Positions 18,916 through 29,902 are shown, numbered from the stretch's first letter. The stretch is 64,000 nt of DNA from an uncultured Gemmatimonadales bacterium (GCA_963798085.1 CAWCRS010000007.1:1280001-1344000); one strand, 5' to 3'. The notes: generated from the sequence alone by a model not told the origin. A program made the numbers and translations.

Positions 18916-19794
18916 GTGGAAGCACAGCTCAAGGACCTGCTCGAAGCAGGCGTCCATTTCGGTCATCAGAGCAGCCGTTGGAATCCGAAGATGAAGCGAT
19001 TCATCTTCACCGAGCGCAACGGCATTCACATCATCGATCTGAAGAAGACGCTGGATGCGCTGGAAGCGGCGCGCCAGGCGATCCGGAACGTGACGCTGCA
19101 CGGTGATCGCGTCCTGTTCGTCTGCACGAAGCGCCAGCTTCGGCCCATCATCGAGCAGGAAGCACAGCGTTGCGGTGCGTTCTTCGTGACCGAGCGCTGG
19201 CTGGGTGGCATGCTGACCAACTTCACCACGATCCGCAAGCAGATCCGGCGGCTCAAGGAGCTGGAGCGCGGACTGGATGAAGGCGCGTACGAATTCTACA
19301 CGAAGAAGGAGCAGCTGCTGCTGCAGCGCGAACGGGACAAGCTGGACAAGTACCTGGGAGGTGTGAAGGAAATGGGCCGGCTGCCGGGCGCACTGTTCGT
19401 GGTGGACGCGAAGAAGGAGCTGATCGCGGTCAAGGAAGCGAACAAGCTGGACATGCCGGTGATCGCGATCGCCGACACCAACGCCGATCCGGATGTCATC
19501 GACTTCCCGATCCCGGGCAATGATGACGCGATCCGCTCGGTGCAGCTGATCGCGAGTGCACTGGCCGATGCGATCGAGCTGGCGAAGCGCGAGCTGCCCG
19601 CGGATGCGCGGCGCCGCTCGGACGAGATGGAGGCGACGTCATACTCCACGGAAGGCGGACTGGCGCAGGAAGTGGTGCCGGAGGAGAAGCGGGGTCGCCG
19701 GCGCACGCGTCGTCGTCGCCGGCCGCGGCCGGATGTGATCGCGACACTGCGCACGCCGGGCGAAGACGAAGAGCCCGAAGCGGAAGAGGCATAG
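18916..19794 (+). CDS. rpsB: 30S ribosomal protein S2
   Basis: GTG 18916 after SD GAGGAG. LLEAGVHFGHQ..RWNPKMK.FIF.ERNGIHIIDL, RWLGGMLTNF.TI, DTN.DPD.IDFPIPGNDDAIRS. Confidence 0.98.
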   Translation: MEAQLKDLLEAGVHFGHQSSRWNPKMKRFIFTERNGIHIIDLKKTLDALEAARQAIRNVTLHGDRVLFVCTKRQLRPIIEQEAQRCGAFFVTERWLGGMLTNFTTIRKQIRRLKELERGLDEGAYEFYTKKEQLLLQRERDKLDKYLGGVKEMGRLPGALFVVDAKKELIAVKEANKLDMPVIAIADTNADPDVIDFPIPGNDDAIRSVQLIASALADAIELAKRELPADARRRSDEMEATSYSTEGGLAQEVVPEEKRGRRRTRRRRRPRPDVIATLRTPGEDEEPEAEEA

Positions 19795-19823
19795 AGACAG
19801 CGCGGCGGACGAAGGTTCGAGAG

Positions 19824-19868
19824 AAGCGCTGTAGTGCTGCCTCGCCGCAGCGCTGCAGCGCTTTTTTT
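19824..19868 (+). terminator. Intrinsic terminator/attenuator between rpsB and tsf
   Basis: Stem AAGCGCTGTAGTGCTGC / GCAGCGCTGCAGCGCTT (with G-U pairs) running into a T7 tract. Confidence 0.7.
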
Positions 19869-19936
19869 CGAGGCGCCCGAGCGCGCTGGCGCGCTGGAGA
19901 ACGGTTACCGACACACGAGGGTGAAAGGCGGAGAGG

Positions 19937-20534
19937 ATGGAGATCAGTGCTGGGCAGGTGAAGGAGCTGCGCGACATACGGGTGCGGGCATGATGGAGTG
20001 CAAGCGCGCGCTGCAGGATTCGGCCGGCGATGTGGAGAAGGCGATCGACTGCTGCGTTCGCGGGGCGCGGCCAAGGTGGCGAAGCGCGCGGGCCGCGAGG
20101 CGCGCGAGGGCGCGGTGGGCAGCTACGTGCACACGGGCGGCAAGGTCGGCGTGCTGATCGAAGTGAACTGTGAGACCGATTTCGTCGGTCGTAATGATCA
20201 GTTTCAGAAACTCGTGCGCGAGCTGGCCATGCACATTGCCGCCATGAAGCCGCTGGCGGTGACGCCGGAGGAGATTCCCGCGGATGTCATTGAGCGCGAG
20301 CGCAGTGTGGCGCTGGAGAAGGCGGGGAACGAAGGCAAGCCCGAGCACCTGCTGGGGCGGATCGCCGACGGCGCCGTGAAGAAGTTCTACCAGGAGTACA
20401 CACTCATGGAGCAGGACTGGGTGCGCGAGCCGGAGCGCAAGCTGAAGGTGCGCGACATCGTGCACGAAGTGGCAACGGTGACGGGCGAGAACATTGTCGT
20501 TCGACGGTTCGTGCGCTATGAGCTCGGTGAGTGA
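19937..20534 (+). CDS. tsf: Elongation factor Ts, short form (two apparent indels near 19977 and 20050)
   Basis: [29 protein letters not shown]; then [49 protein letters not shown]. Confidence 0.93.
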
Positions 20535-20544
20535 GGACGGCCCG

Positions 20545-21262
20545 GTGGCGGAGGCGCTGAAGTACAAGCGAGTCCTGCTGAAGTTCAGCGGGGAGGCGCT
20601 GGCGGGAGAGCGTGGCTTCGGCATCTCGCCACCTGTCGTCGACCGGCTCACGGAGGAAGTCAAAGCCCTGCATCGCATGGGTGTTTCCGTGGCGCTGGTG
20701 ATCGGAGGCGGCAACATCGTGCGGGGCACACAGGCCAGCGCGCAGGGCATGGACCGCGTCAGCGCCGACTACATGGGCATGCTGGCCACGGTCATCAATG
20801 CGCTCGCCATGCAGGACCTGCTGGAGAAGAAGGAAGTTTCGACGCGCGTGATGACGGCGCTGCGCATGGAGGCGGTGGCTGAGCCGTACATCCGGCGGCG
20901 CGCGTTGCGCCATCTGGAGAAGGGTCGCCTGGTAATCTTCGCGGGTGGCACGGGCAATCCCTACTTCTCGACCGACACCGCAGCGGTACTGCGCGCCATC
21001 GAGATTCACGCCGACGTGCTGATCAAGGCGACGAAGGTGGAGGGTGTGTATACGTCGGATCCGGAGATCGATCCGGATGCGACGTTCATTCCCGCCATCA
21101 CGTTCCAGGACGTGCTGACGCGCGAGTTGCGTGTGATGGACGCACCCGCAGTTTCACTCTGCAAGGACAACGGACTGCCCGATCATTGTGCTCAACATCA
21201 ACAAGCGCGGCGCAGTGGCGGCGGCCATTCGCGGGGAAACCGCGGGTACGCTGGTCAGCTAG
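20545..21262 (+). CDS. pyrH: Uridylate kinase (indel near 21180)
   Basis: [69 protein letters not shown]. The shifted C-terminus IIVLNI..GTLVS ends at TAG 21260-21262. Confidence 0.95.
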
Positions 21263-21313
21263 ACAGGCGGGGATTATCTTCGAAGCTGTAACGGGTTCCG
21301 CGGCGGAGGGGGC

Positions 21314-21863
21314 ATGACGCACGGCGAAGTGCGGGCGCACATGGACAAGGCGATCGAGGCTGTACGTCGCGAATTCTGCGGGAGTCCGAACGGGCAAGGC
21401 TTCGCCCGCACTGCTGGATACGGTGCGGGTCGATGCCTACGGCTCGAAGATGCCGATCAGCCAGCTGGGCACGATCAGCGCGCCCGAGCCGCGCATGCTG
21501 ATCGTGCAGCCCTGGGACAAGAGCCTGATGGGCCCGATCGAGAAGGCCATTCGCAGCGCCGAGCTGGGTCTCAATCCGGCGAACGACGGCAACATCATCC
21601 GCATTCCGATTCCCCAGCTCAACGAGGAGCGGCGTCGCGAGATGGTGCGGTTGGTCCACAAGCTGGCGGAGGAAGGGCGCGTGGCCATCCGGCACGCCCG
21701 CCAGGAAGCGAACAAGCAGATCAAGTCACGCGAGCACGAGCACGATCTGAGCGAGGACGAAGCACGTCGCATGGTAGACGAGGTGCAGAAAATCACGGAC
21801 GAATACATCACGAAGATCGACCATCTCCTCAAGGCGAAGGAGGAGGAGGTGATGGAGGTCTAG
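21314..21863 (+). CDS. frr: Ribosome recycling factor (indel near 21380)
   Basis: HMDKAIEAVRRE..RTGKASPALLD.VRVDAYG..IVQPWDKS..IEKAIR..LGLNP.NDG..IR.P.P.L.EERR..KEEEVMEV. Confidence 0.95.
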
Positions 21864-21864
21864 C

Positions 21865-22623
21865 TTGACGGCGGGCGCGGACTCGGCGGAATTGCTGCAG
21901 ACAATCAAGCGGGGCGGTCGCGTTCCCGCGCACGTTGCCGTAATCATGGATGGCAACGGACGCTGGGCGAAATCGAAAGGCCTGCCGCGCTTCCGCGGTC
22001 ACGCCGCGGGCATGGAAGCGGTGCGCGATGTCATTGAAGGTGCCATCGCGGCCGGTGTCACCCACCTGACGCTCTTCGCTTTCTCACAGGAGAACTGGAA
22101 CCGGCCGGCGCGCGAGGTGGCCTCGCTCATGCGCCTGCTCGAGCGTTACGTGACACGCGAGCGGAACGAGCTGAGACGGCAGGGCGTGCGCGTGCGTGTG
22201 CTGGGCGACATCGAGCGCCTGGCCAGCGGGCCGCGCAACGCAGTGGCCGAGATCGAGCGCGCCACAGCCGTTGGCCGCACTCTCCATCTCAACCTCATGA
22301 TCAGCTATGGCAGCCGTGCAGAGATCGCGCGTGCCGCCCGCCGTCTAGCCGAGCGCGTCGAGCGCGGCGAGCTGGCGGCCGACGACATCGATGAGGCCGC
22401 GTTCGCCGCGGAGCTGTACACAGCCGACACGCCCGACCCCGATCTGCTGATCCGCACATCCGGCGAGCTGCGCATCAGCAACTTCATGCTCTGGCAGCTG
22501 GCTTACACCGAGTTATACATTACACCGGTGCTGTGGCCGGATTTCCGGCGCGACCACCTCTTCGCCGCCATCCACGAGTACCAGAAACGCGATCGCCGCT
22601 TCGGCCGCGTGACGGCCGGCTGA
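21865..22623 (+). CDS. uppS: Undecaprenyl diphosphate synthase (cis-isoprenyl transferase)
   Basis: PAHVAVIMDGNGRWA, FAFSQENWNRP..EV, SYGSRAEI, PDPDLLIRTSGELRISNFMLWQLAYTE, RDRRFG. Confidence 0.96.
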   Translation: MTAGADSAELLQTIKRGGRVPAHVAVIMDGNGRWAKSKGLPRFRGHAAGMEAVRDVIEGAIAAGVTHLTLFAFSQENWNRPAREVASLMRLLERYVTRERNELRRQGVRVRVLGDIERLASGPRNAVAEIERATAVGRTLHLNLMISYGSRAEIARAARRLAERVERGELAADDIDEAAFAAELYTADTPDPDLLIRTSGELRISNFMLWQLAYTELYITPVLWPDFRRDHLFAAIHEYQKRDRRFGRVTAG

Positions 22624-22627
22624 GCGC

Positions 22628-23512
22628 ATGGCGGCCGGCGAGCTGGCGAGGCGTGTCGCAGTCGCAGCCGTCGGCCTGCCGCTGGCCGTAATCGCGATCT
22701 ATCTGGGTGGCTGGTTCCTGGGCGTACCCCTGGCGCTGCTGGCCGCTCTGGGCAGTGGCGAGGTTTACGCACTGGCCGCCACCAGGGGCGTGCGCGCGTT
22801 CCGGCTCGCGGGCGGCGCACTCTCTGCCACATTCGTGGCCCTCGCCGCGTCCGGATTGGGATTGGCGACAATGTCGGTCTGGCTCTGGGTCGCGGTGCTG
22901 GCGGCCGCGCTGGGCACGGCTGTGGCCAGTCTCTGGCTGCGTGGTGTCGACGCGGACCCGCTGGGCGCCAGCGCGGTCACGGTCTATGGCGCAGTCTTCG
23001 TGGGCGGCAGTCTGTCGTTCGCGCTGCTGCTGCGTGATCTTGTGGAGCCGGCGCGCGCGTCGTGGGGCGGTGCGGCCCTGGTGGCGTATCCCCTGGCTGT
23101 CACCTGGATCGGCGATACCCTCGCCTACTTCTGCGGCAAGCGCTGGGGCCGGCACAAGCTGAGCGCGGTCATCAGTCCCAGGAAGACAGTCGAAGGCGCT
23201 GTGGCTGGCCTGATCGGATCGATCGGCGCGGGCGCTCTGGTCGGGTGGCTGGTCTTCGACCTGTGGCTGGGCTGGCCCATCGGCGCGGGCGCAGGCGCGG
23301 TGGGCGGTCTGCTGATTGGCCCGGTCGCGCAGATCGGTGATCTGGCCGAATCCCTTTTCAAGCGGGCGGCAGGCGTGAAGGATTCCGGCACCTTCTTCCC
23401 CGGCCATGGCGGCATCCTGGACCGATTCGATGCGCTGTTCCTGGCGCTGCCGGTCGCCTGGGTCTATCTGACGCTGCTGCTGCCGCTGGCCGTCGACCTA
23501 CCATGGCGTTAG
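22628..23512 (+). CDS. cdsA: Phosphatidate cytidylyltransferase
   Basis: W.GDTLAYF.G...G.HKL...ISP.KTVEG, GDLAESLFKR.AGVKDSG...PGHGGILDRFD. Confidence 0.95.
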   Translation: MAAGELARRVAVAAVGLPLAVIAIYLGGWFLGVPLALLAALGSGEVYALAATRGVRAFRLAGGALSATFVALAASGLGLATMSVWLWVAVLAAALGTAVASLWLRGVDADPLGASAVTVYGAVFVGGSLSFALLLRDLVEPARASWGGAALVAYPLAVTWIGDTLAYFCGKRWGRHKLSAVISPRKTVEGAVAGLIGSIGAGALVGWLVFDLWLGWPIGAGAGAVGGLLIGPVAQIGDLAESLFKRAAGVKDSGTFFPGHGGILDRFDALFLALPVAWVYLTLLLPLAVDLPWR

Positions 23513-24652
23513 GCGTGGCCTTGCTCGGGTGCACCGGCTCGATTGGCCGGAGCGCGCTCGCGGTGCTCGATCGCCATCCCGACGAATTCCGCATCGTCGC
23601 TCTCGCCGCCCATCGCAACCGGGCGGCGCTGCTCGCGCTGGCGACACGATACCGGCCCGCGCTTTCCGTGCTGGTGGATCGAGAAGCCCTGAATGGCGGG
23701 CCGCTCACCGGTGAATCGACCGTGCGCACGGGCCGCGAAGCGCTGATCGAGGCGGCGACCAGGCCCGATGTGGACGTGGTGATCAATGCCGTCGTGGGCG
23801 CGGCTGGCCTCGAGGCGACACTGGCGGCGCTGGAAGCCGGCAAACGACTGGCACTGGCGAACAAGGAATCGCTCGTGGCCGGAGGGCCGCTGGTGCTGAA
23901 CGCGTTGCGCGGCGGCGGCGGGCGTCTGGTGCCGATCGACAGCGAGCACAGCGCGATCCTGCAATGTCTGAACGGGTCGAGCCCGCAGAATGCGGAAGAT
24001 CATCCTCACCGCATCGGGCGGGCCGTTCCGCGGTCTGACGGCGGAGGCCATGGCGTCCGTTACACCGGAGCAGGCGCTGCGCCATCCGACGTGGGACATG
24101 GGCGCGAAGGTGACAGTCGATTCCGCGTCACTCGCCAACAAGGCGCTGGAAGTGATCGAGGCGCACTTCCTTTTCGGCCTGTCCTACGACGACATTGATG
24201 TCGTCGTGCACCCGCAGTCCATCATCCACTCAATGGTAGAATTCGTGGATGGATCCGTGGTGGCGCAGATGGGGTTTCCCAGCATGGAGCTGCCGATCCT
24301 CTACGCGCTGACGCACCCCCGGCGGCTGGACGATCCGGGCGTACGGCGCTTCGATCCGGTAGCGGCGGCGCCACTGACATTCGAGCCGGTGGACCCGCTG
24401 CGTTTTCCGGCGTTCCGCCTGGGCGTGGCCGCGGGACGGACCGGCGGGACCGCCCCGGCGGTATTCAATGCAGCCAACGAGGTTGCAGTCGCAGGGTTCC
24501 TCGCCGGGCAACTGAGCTTCGACAGGATGGCGGTGGTCATCGAGACGGCACTGGCTGCGCATGCGGCGGTGCCCGTCGATTCACTCGAGACCGTGCTCGC
24601 GGCGGATCGTGAGGCGAGAGCGACGGCCGCGATTGCATTGAGGAAGAGCTGA
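23503..24652 (+). CDS. dxr: 1-deoxy-D-xylulose 5-phosphate reductoisomerase (indel near 23990)
   Basis: GCTGSIG, LALANKESLV.GG, PIDSEHSAI.Q; next frame ILTASGGPFR, HPTWDMGAKVTVDSA, NKALEVIEAH.LF, HPQSIIHSMVEF.DGS, NAANEVAV. Confidence 0.95.
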
Positions 24653-26048
24653 TGCTGACAACGCTTCTGGCCGCGGCACTGGTCCTCGGCGTGCTGATCT
24701 TCGTTCACGAGCTGGGCCACTTCCTGACGGCCAAGCTGGTGGGCATCGAAGTGCCGCGCTTCTCGATCGGCTTCGGCCCGCGCGTCTTCGGCTTCCGTCA
24801 CGGCGAGACCGAGTACGTGCTCTCGCTCCTGCCTCTGGGCGGCTACGTGAAGATGGCCGGCATGGAGGAGATGGAGGGGATCGAGGGTGGCGCAGCGAGT
24901 GCGACAGCCGGCGGCGCCCAGCCCGGTGCCGGGACGGCACAATCGACACAGCGCGTGATCGGCCCGCGCGACTTCGAATCCAAATCGCTGCCTGCGCGGA
25001 CGCTCGTCATTACGGCGGGCGTGATCATGAACCTGATTTTCGCGTTTGTCGTATTCGCGAGCATCGGCATGGTGTGGGGTGTCGCGCACTCGCCGGATCC
25101 CGTGATCGGCAACGTCGCGGAAGAGCGACTGCCGCCCGGTACAGAGGCGCTCACGCACCTGCCGCGCAACGCACGCATGACGTTCGTCGGCCGGGACAGC
25201 GTTGCCGACTTCGATGACCTGCGGCTGGCGTTCACGACGGCGCGTGCGGGCGACACCGAGCTGCGCTTCGCGGACGCGCCCGCCGTGCACATTCAGGTAC
25301 CATCCGCCGACTCTCTTCGCCTCTCGCTCATCGCGGCCTTCGAGCCGGTCTCCAATGCACCGGCGGTGCTCGATTCGGTGGTGGCGGGCGAGCCGGCCGC
25401 CAGCGCGGGACTCCGCGCCGGCGACCGCATCCTGACCGCAGACGGTCAGCCCGTACGCAGCTGGCAGGACTTCGGCGCGGCCATCGAGCAGGCGCCGGGA
25501 CGACCGCTCCCGCTGACGGTGCTGCGCGGCACGGACACGCTGCCCATGACCGTGACGCCGCAGGCGCGGCAACTCGCGAATGGCCTGAGTGTCGGCCGCA
25601 TTGGTGTTTCCGGCAGGCAGGAAGAAACCGTGACGCCTCGCCGGCGCCTGGGCCCGGTCCGGGCGGTGGCATGGGGCTTCAGTCAGACCAGGCGCTGGGT
25701 CGGACTGACGTTCAATTTCCTCGGTGGCATGGTCACGGGCCGACTCTCTCCGCGCAACATGGGCGGGCCCATCATGATCACGCAGATCAGCGGCGAAGCC
25801 GCCCGCGCCGGCCTCGAGGCGCTGCTCAATTTCATGGCGCTGCTCTCCGTGAACCTCGCCATTCTCAACCTTCTGCCCATTCCCGTCCTGGATGGCGGCC
25901 ACCTGGTGTTCCTGCTGGCCGAAGCCATCCGCGGCCGTCCCGTCCCCATCGAACAACGCATCCGCTGGACCAAGCTCGGTTTCATCCTGATCCTGCTGCT
26001 GATGACCTTCGCGATCGGGAATGACATTGTTCGGTGGATCGGCATTGA
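24652..26048 (+). CDS. rseP: RIP metalloprotease RseP (true stop probably near 26048; the computed ORF reads through to 26280)
   Basis: HELGH zinc motif, FSIGFGP, LPLGGYVKM, AG..MN, PDZ region, GGPI.I, NLLPIPVLDGGH, ..NDIVRWIG. A TGA sits one base out of frame at 26046-26048. Confidence 0.93.
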
Positions 26049-26104
26049 GGACTACGACTCCACTGGGTTGCTGCGGCTGGTTGCCCGTAACGCAGTTGAA
26101 CGTC

Positions 26105-26929
26105 CTACAGAAGCGCGAGCTGCTCGGCGCGTACCACGCGGCGGCGCAGCGCGACCAGGTCGAGGGGCTCCATGGGGCGGTCCTGGAGGGCGACTTCGAG
26201 CCAGCCGCGGAAGCCGACGCGGTTCAGAGCGCGGCCGATCACGGCGCGGGCCAGGCCGGCGTCGTTGCAGTGCTGGCTGAGGTGGGCGAGGGCGACGCCG
26301 GCGAGGCCGGGGTGGTAGAGTTCGCGGATCAGCTCGGCGGCTGCGCGGTTGGAGAGATGGCCGTGGCTTGATGCAATACGCTGTTTGACGGACCACGGAT
26401 AGGGACCCCGCCATAACATCGCATCATCGTGGTTGGCTTCCAGGATCAGCAGCTGACAGCGAGCGAGTGCGGCGCGCACGGCGGTTGTCGGGCGGCCGAG
26501 ATCGGTGGCAATGCCCATTTTCGTGCCGCTCGCGGGATGGCTCACCGTGATGGCGACGGGGTCTGCGGCGTCGTGTACGGTGACGAACGGGTGCACCTCG
26601 AGACCGCCAATGCGGAAGGACTGCGACGAGGCGTAGGGCCGCACGACTTCCTCGCCGGTCAGCAGCGCGGCGCAGGCTTCCGCAGTCCGCTGCGTGAGGT
26701 GCAGCGGTACGCGGAAGCGGCGCGCGAGCACACCCATGCCGCGCGTGTGGTCCACGTGATCGTGCGTAATAATGATGCCGGCGAGCGACGCGGGCTCGAC
26801 ACCGACGTGTCGCATGCGCTCTTCGATGTCGCGGCCACTGAAGCCGGCGTCGAGCAGCAGTGCGGTGCCATCGGCTTCCACGAGCGTGGCATTGCCTTCG
26901 CTGCCACTGCCCAGGATGGTGACCCTCAT
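26105..26929 (-). CDS. MBL-fold metallo-hydrolase (YycJ/WalJ-like)
   Basis: LGSGSEGNA, LLDAGFS, ITHDHVDHTRG, HDAADP, ATDLG, LEANHD, GHLSN, LAHLSQHCN. Confidence 0.9.
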   Translation of the reverse strand: MRVTILGSGSEGNATLVEADGTALLLDAGFSGRDIEERMRHVGVEPASLAGIIITHDHVDHTRGMGVLARRFRVPLHLTQRTAEACAALLTGEEVVRPYASSQSFRIGGLEVHPFVTVHDAADPVAITVSHPASGTKMGIATDLGRPTTAVRAALARCQLLILEANHDDAMLWRGPYPWSVKQRIASSHGHLSNRAAAELIRELYHPGLAGVALAHLSQHCNDAGLARAVIGRALNRVGFRGWLEVALQDRPMEPLDLVALRRRVVRAEQLALL

Positions 26930-28158
26930 GCGGAGGCGTCGCGTGCGGTGTGCCAGGCCGCGGTCAGCACGCGGCGCAAACCCGGTGTCAGGCTGAGCTG
27001 CCGCCGCTTCATGACCGTCTCTGCGGTTGCGAGGAAGCGGTCGAGCGCGTGCACGTCGGCGCCGTCATTGCCCCAGGCGAAGGGCGGCACGTACCTCGGC
27101 GGCCTGCGCTCGCCGAAGAGATTGGCGCCGGCGCCCACTACGGTTCCGGTGTTGAGCAGCGTGCCGATCGCAGTCTTCACGTGATCACCCAGCAGACAGC
27201 CGATCTTGCTCTCGCCCGTATCGCGGTCGCCTGAAGGCGTCCAGATGCGCACACTGCCGTAGTTGTTCTTCAGGTCACTGTTCGTGGTTAGCGCGCCCAT
27301 GTTCACCCAGCGGCCCACGTAGGCGTGACCGAGGAAGCCGTCGTGCGCCTTGTTCGTGTACCCCAGAATCACGGACGCTTCCACTTCACCGCGCACCTTG
27401 CACGCGGGACCGATGGACACGCCGCTGAACGAGCCGCCCAGCAGCGTGCTGCCCCGGCCGACGTACGCGGGCCCGGCAAGACGCGTGAAGGCGCGCACCG
27501 TGACGTCATCATCGAGCCACACGGGACCGCTCGTGCAGTCGACAACCACGCCGGGCTCGAAGGTGACGCGGCCGCCCAGGCGCACGAGTCGCGGCGATGC
27601 GCCAATGCCGGCGACGTGCGGGGGCAAGCCTGCACTGGTCACACCCATACCGTGCGCGATGTCTTCTGTCAGCTGCGCGCTGTTGCGCGTCATCAGCTCC
27701 CACACATTGACGAGCAGGATGCAATCGAGTGCAATGCACGCGAGATCGGGACGGCGGTCCGCGGCCTGCTGCGGCGAGGCGAAGAACCAGGACGGCGGCG
27801 CGGCGGCGGAAGCGGGCGAAAACCAGCCGACCACATCGTCGCCTGACATTAGTAACGCTTCGCGGACCGGCACCTCGAAGGGCGCCCGCCATGCCGGCAC
27901 CGCGCGTGAGCTGAGCCAGACGCAGGATCCACGCGCGGGTGCGGGATCGAGCACGGGCGCGGCGCCCGGCTCATCGAAGCCGCGCAGCCCTGGCGAGGCG
28001 ATGTGTCCGGCGCAGGGCGCGTTGAACACGGATTCGACACGCTCGCGCAGTGTGCAGGCGCCGAAGAGCAGCTCGCCCGCGGGACGCGTCAGCGTGAACG
28101 GCTGCCACGCGGCGGCCACCGCATCATCGAACAGAATGATGCTGCCCGGGTTCGCCAT
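26926..28158 (-). CDS. Putative sugar-nucleotidyltransferase / GlmU-like protein with hexapeptide repeats
   Basis: ATG 28158 MANPGSIILFDD..PFTLTRPAGELLFGA.TLRER; GPVWLD..GPAYVG..GEVEASV..NKAHDGFLGH.YVG.WVN.GA.TTNSDLKNNY..K.G...GDHVKTAIGTLLNTGTVVG. Confidence 0.82.
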   Translation of the reverse strand: MANPGSIILFDDAVAAAWQPFTLTRPAGELLFGACTLRERVESVFNAPCAGHIASPGLRGFDEPGAAPVLDPAPARGSCVWLSSRAVPAWRAPFEVPVREALLMSGDDVVGWFSPASAAAPPSWFFASPQQAADRRPDLACIALDCILLVNVWELMTRNSAQLTEDIAHGMGVTSAGLPPHVAGIGASPRLVRLGGRVTFEPGVVVDCTSGPVWLDDDVTVRAFTRLAGPAYVGRGSTLLGGSFSGVSIGPACKVRGEVEASVILGYTNKAHDGFLGHAYVGRWVNMGALTTNSDLKNNYGSVRIWTPSGDRDTGESKIGCLLGDHVKTAIGTLLNTGTVVGAGANLFGERRPPRYVPPFAWGNDGADVHALDRFLATAETVMKRRQLSLTPGLRRVLTAAWHTARDASA

Positions 28159-29246
28159 CAGAATCCTCCCGGCTGGATCAGCGATGGCGGGAGCACGGCG
28201 AGCAGCTGCTTCAGCTCCGCGGCGCGCGAGCGCGGCACGACAAACGTCACGTCGCCGGTGCGCACGACGACCATATCGTGCGCGCCGAACAACACGACCG
28301 AGCCCTGCTCCGACCATGCAATGCAGCCCGCACTGTCGATTACGTGCGCATCACCAACGCTCACGTTGCCGTGCGCATCGGCCGCGCGCGTACGACCCAC
28401 CGCGTCCCAGGAGCCCACATCATCCCAGGCGAAGGTGGCGCGTGCCACCGCCACCCGGCCGCTGCGCTCGAGCAGTCCTTCATCAATCGTGATGGTGGGC
28501 ACGCGCGCGAAGAATCCGCCAATGTCGCCGCGGTCGAGCAGAGGCAGGTACGAGGCGACTTCCGGTGTGTGCTCGCGGAGTTCCTCGAGCAGGAGTGCGG
28601 CGGGCCACACGAAAAGACCCGTGTTCCACAGACAGCCTTCCGCCACGTAGCGCGCGGCCGTGTCGCGGTCCGGCTTCTCCACGAACTGCGCAACTTCGAA
28701 CATTCCCGCTTCGCCCTCCGCCTCCGCCACCCGTTCACCCATGCGAATGTAGCCGTACCCCGTTTCCGCGCGATCGGGTACGGCGCCGATCGTGAAGAGC
28801 CGCCTGTGCGCAGCCGCCGCCCTCGCCACGCGCTGCAGCAACGCCAGGAACGCGGCGGCCGGTTCGATCACGTGGTCCGCGTGCAGTGAGGCCATGACCG
28901 CACCGGGATCCAGCCGCTCGATTTCGTGGGCCGCCCAGGCCAGCGCGGGCGCGGTACCGCGTGCGACCGGCTCGAGGAGCAGCTGTTCGCGGCCGAAGCC
29001 GGGCAGCGCGTCGAGGATCGGCTGCGCCAGCTTCTCGCCCGTGAGGATGCGCATGCGTTCCGGCGGGACCAGCGGCCGCACCCGCTCGACGGTCTGCTCA
29101 ATCAATGGGGCGGTGCCAGCGAGAGGCAATAGCTGCTTCGGCCGCAGTGGCGTCGAAACGGGCCAGAAGCGCGAGCCCACGCCGCCCGCCAGGATCGCGG
29201 CCCAGAGGGACGGCTCAGGCTGCGAAGATCTCGTTGATCCGGGCAA
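28158..29246 (-). CDS. manC: Mannose-1-phosphate guanylyltransferase
   Basis: ILAGGVGSRFWPVS....PKQLL, EP.ARGTAPA, HADH.I, ETGYGYI, FVEKPD, WNTGLF, WDDVGSW. Start codon uncertain. Confidence 0.88.
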   Translation of the reverse strand: MPGSTRSSQPEPSLWAAILAGGVGSRFWPVSTPLRPKQLLPLAGTAPLIEQTVERVRPLVPPERMRILTGEKLAQPILDALPGFGREQLLLEPVARGTAPALAWAAHEIERLDPGAVMASLHADHVIEPAAAFLALLQRVARAAAAHRRLFTIGAVPDRAETGYGYIRMGERVAEAEGEAGMFEVAQFVEKPDRDTAARYVAEGCLWNTGLFVWPAALLLEELREHTPEVASYLPLLDRGDIGGFFARVPTITIDEGLLERSGRVAVARATFAWDDVGSWDAVGRTRAADAHGNVSVGDAHVIDSAGCIAWSEQGSVVLFGAHDMVVVRTGDVTFVVPRSRAAELKQLLAVLPPSLIQPGGF

Positions 29247-29613
29247 GCAGCCTCTTCGGGCTGAAAGGCTTCACCACGAAATCGAATGCGCCCAGCGCCG
29301 CCGCCTGCTCGCGATCGGTTTCATTGCCCTTGGCAGTGAGCATGATCACGGGCGTGCTACGCCGGTGCGGCATGCGGCGCAACTGTGCGAGCAGTTCGAG
29401 GCCACCCAGGCGAGGCAGCATGATGTCGAGGAGGATGAGATCGATGGGATCGGGGCGACGCAGCATTTCCAGCGCGGCTACGCCATCGGGACACAGCGCC
29501 ACATCGTATGGGCCCAGTTCCAGCTTGAACTGGATGATGCGGCCAATGTGGGGCTCGTCGTCCACGACCAGGATGTGGCGCCGCGTTTCGGTGTCGGTCG
29601 AAGCGTTGGCCAT
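29215..29613 (-). CDS. Single-domain response regulator (receiver only)
   Basis: HILVVDDEPHI..DLILLDIMLP..G..PVIMLTAKG..GA.DFVVKPFSP; no output domain. Confidence 0.9.
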   Translation of the reverse strand: MANASTDTETRRHILVVDDEPHIGRIIQFKLELGPYDVALCPDGVAALEMLRRPDPIDLILLDIMLPRLGGLELLAQLRRMPHRRSTPVIMLTAKGNETDREQAAALGAFDFVVKPFSPKRLLARINEIFAA

Positions 29614-29745
29614 GCCTGCGCGTGAGGACCGCGACGCGGTCGGTGCGGGTACGGGTCCCGCGCGACGACGTGTCGGCCGGACCCCGGCACGCGCGCCGGA
29701 CGCGTCCTCGGCCAGCACGTTCAGCCGGGACCGGAGCGCGGAAAT

Positions 29746-29774
29746 GTTTTACCACCGGCCGGGTACAAAGTCAA
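29746..29774 (-). promoter_or_regulatory. Candidate sigma70 promoter for the minus-strand receiver-manC operon
   Basis: On the minus strand: TTGACT, 17 bp, TAAAAC. Confidence 0.4.
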
Positions 29775-29872
29775 CGCGCGCAGCCGCTCGCGCGTTGTGC
29801 ATGCACAGCCGGCGCGCGTGCTGTGCGCGTTGCGGTTTCCGGCTGAACCTGGCGAAAGACCCGTCGGGCGGG

Positions 29873-29902
29873 TTGACAGTCGTGAAAACACGCGGGTAAC
29901 AT
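29873..29902 (+). promoter_or_regulatory. Candidate sigma70 promoter for the lipoprotein-serS operon
   Basis: TTGACA (29873-29878), 18 bp, TAACAT (29897-29902), ~20 bp before ATG 29923. Confidence 0.55.

Noticed and set aside
19937..24652. Programmed ribosomal frameshifting or pseudogenes in tsf, pyrH, frr and dxr
   Set aside because: These are essential genes with intact motifs and no slippery heptamers. The pattern matches scattered consensus indels.
26049..26280. Arg-rich C-terminal extension of RseP overlapping the MBL gene
   Set aside because: RseP homology ends at ~26045, and a TGA lies one base out of frame; likely a single-base deletion error.
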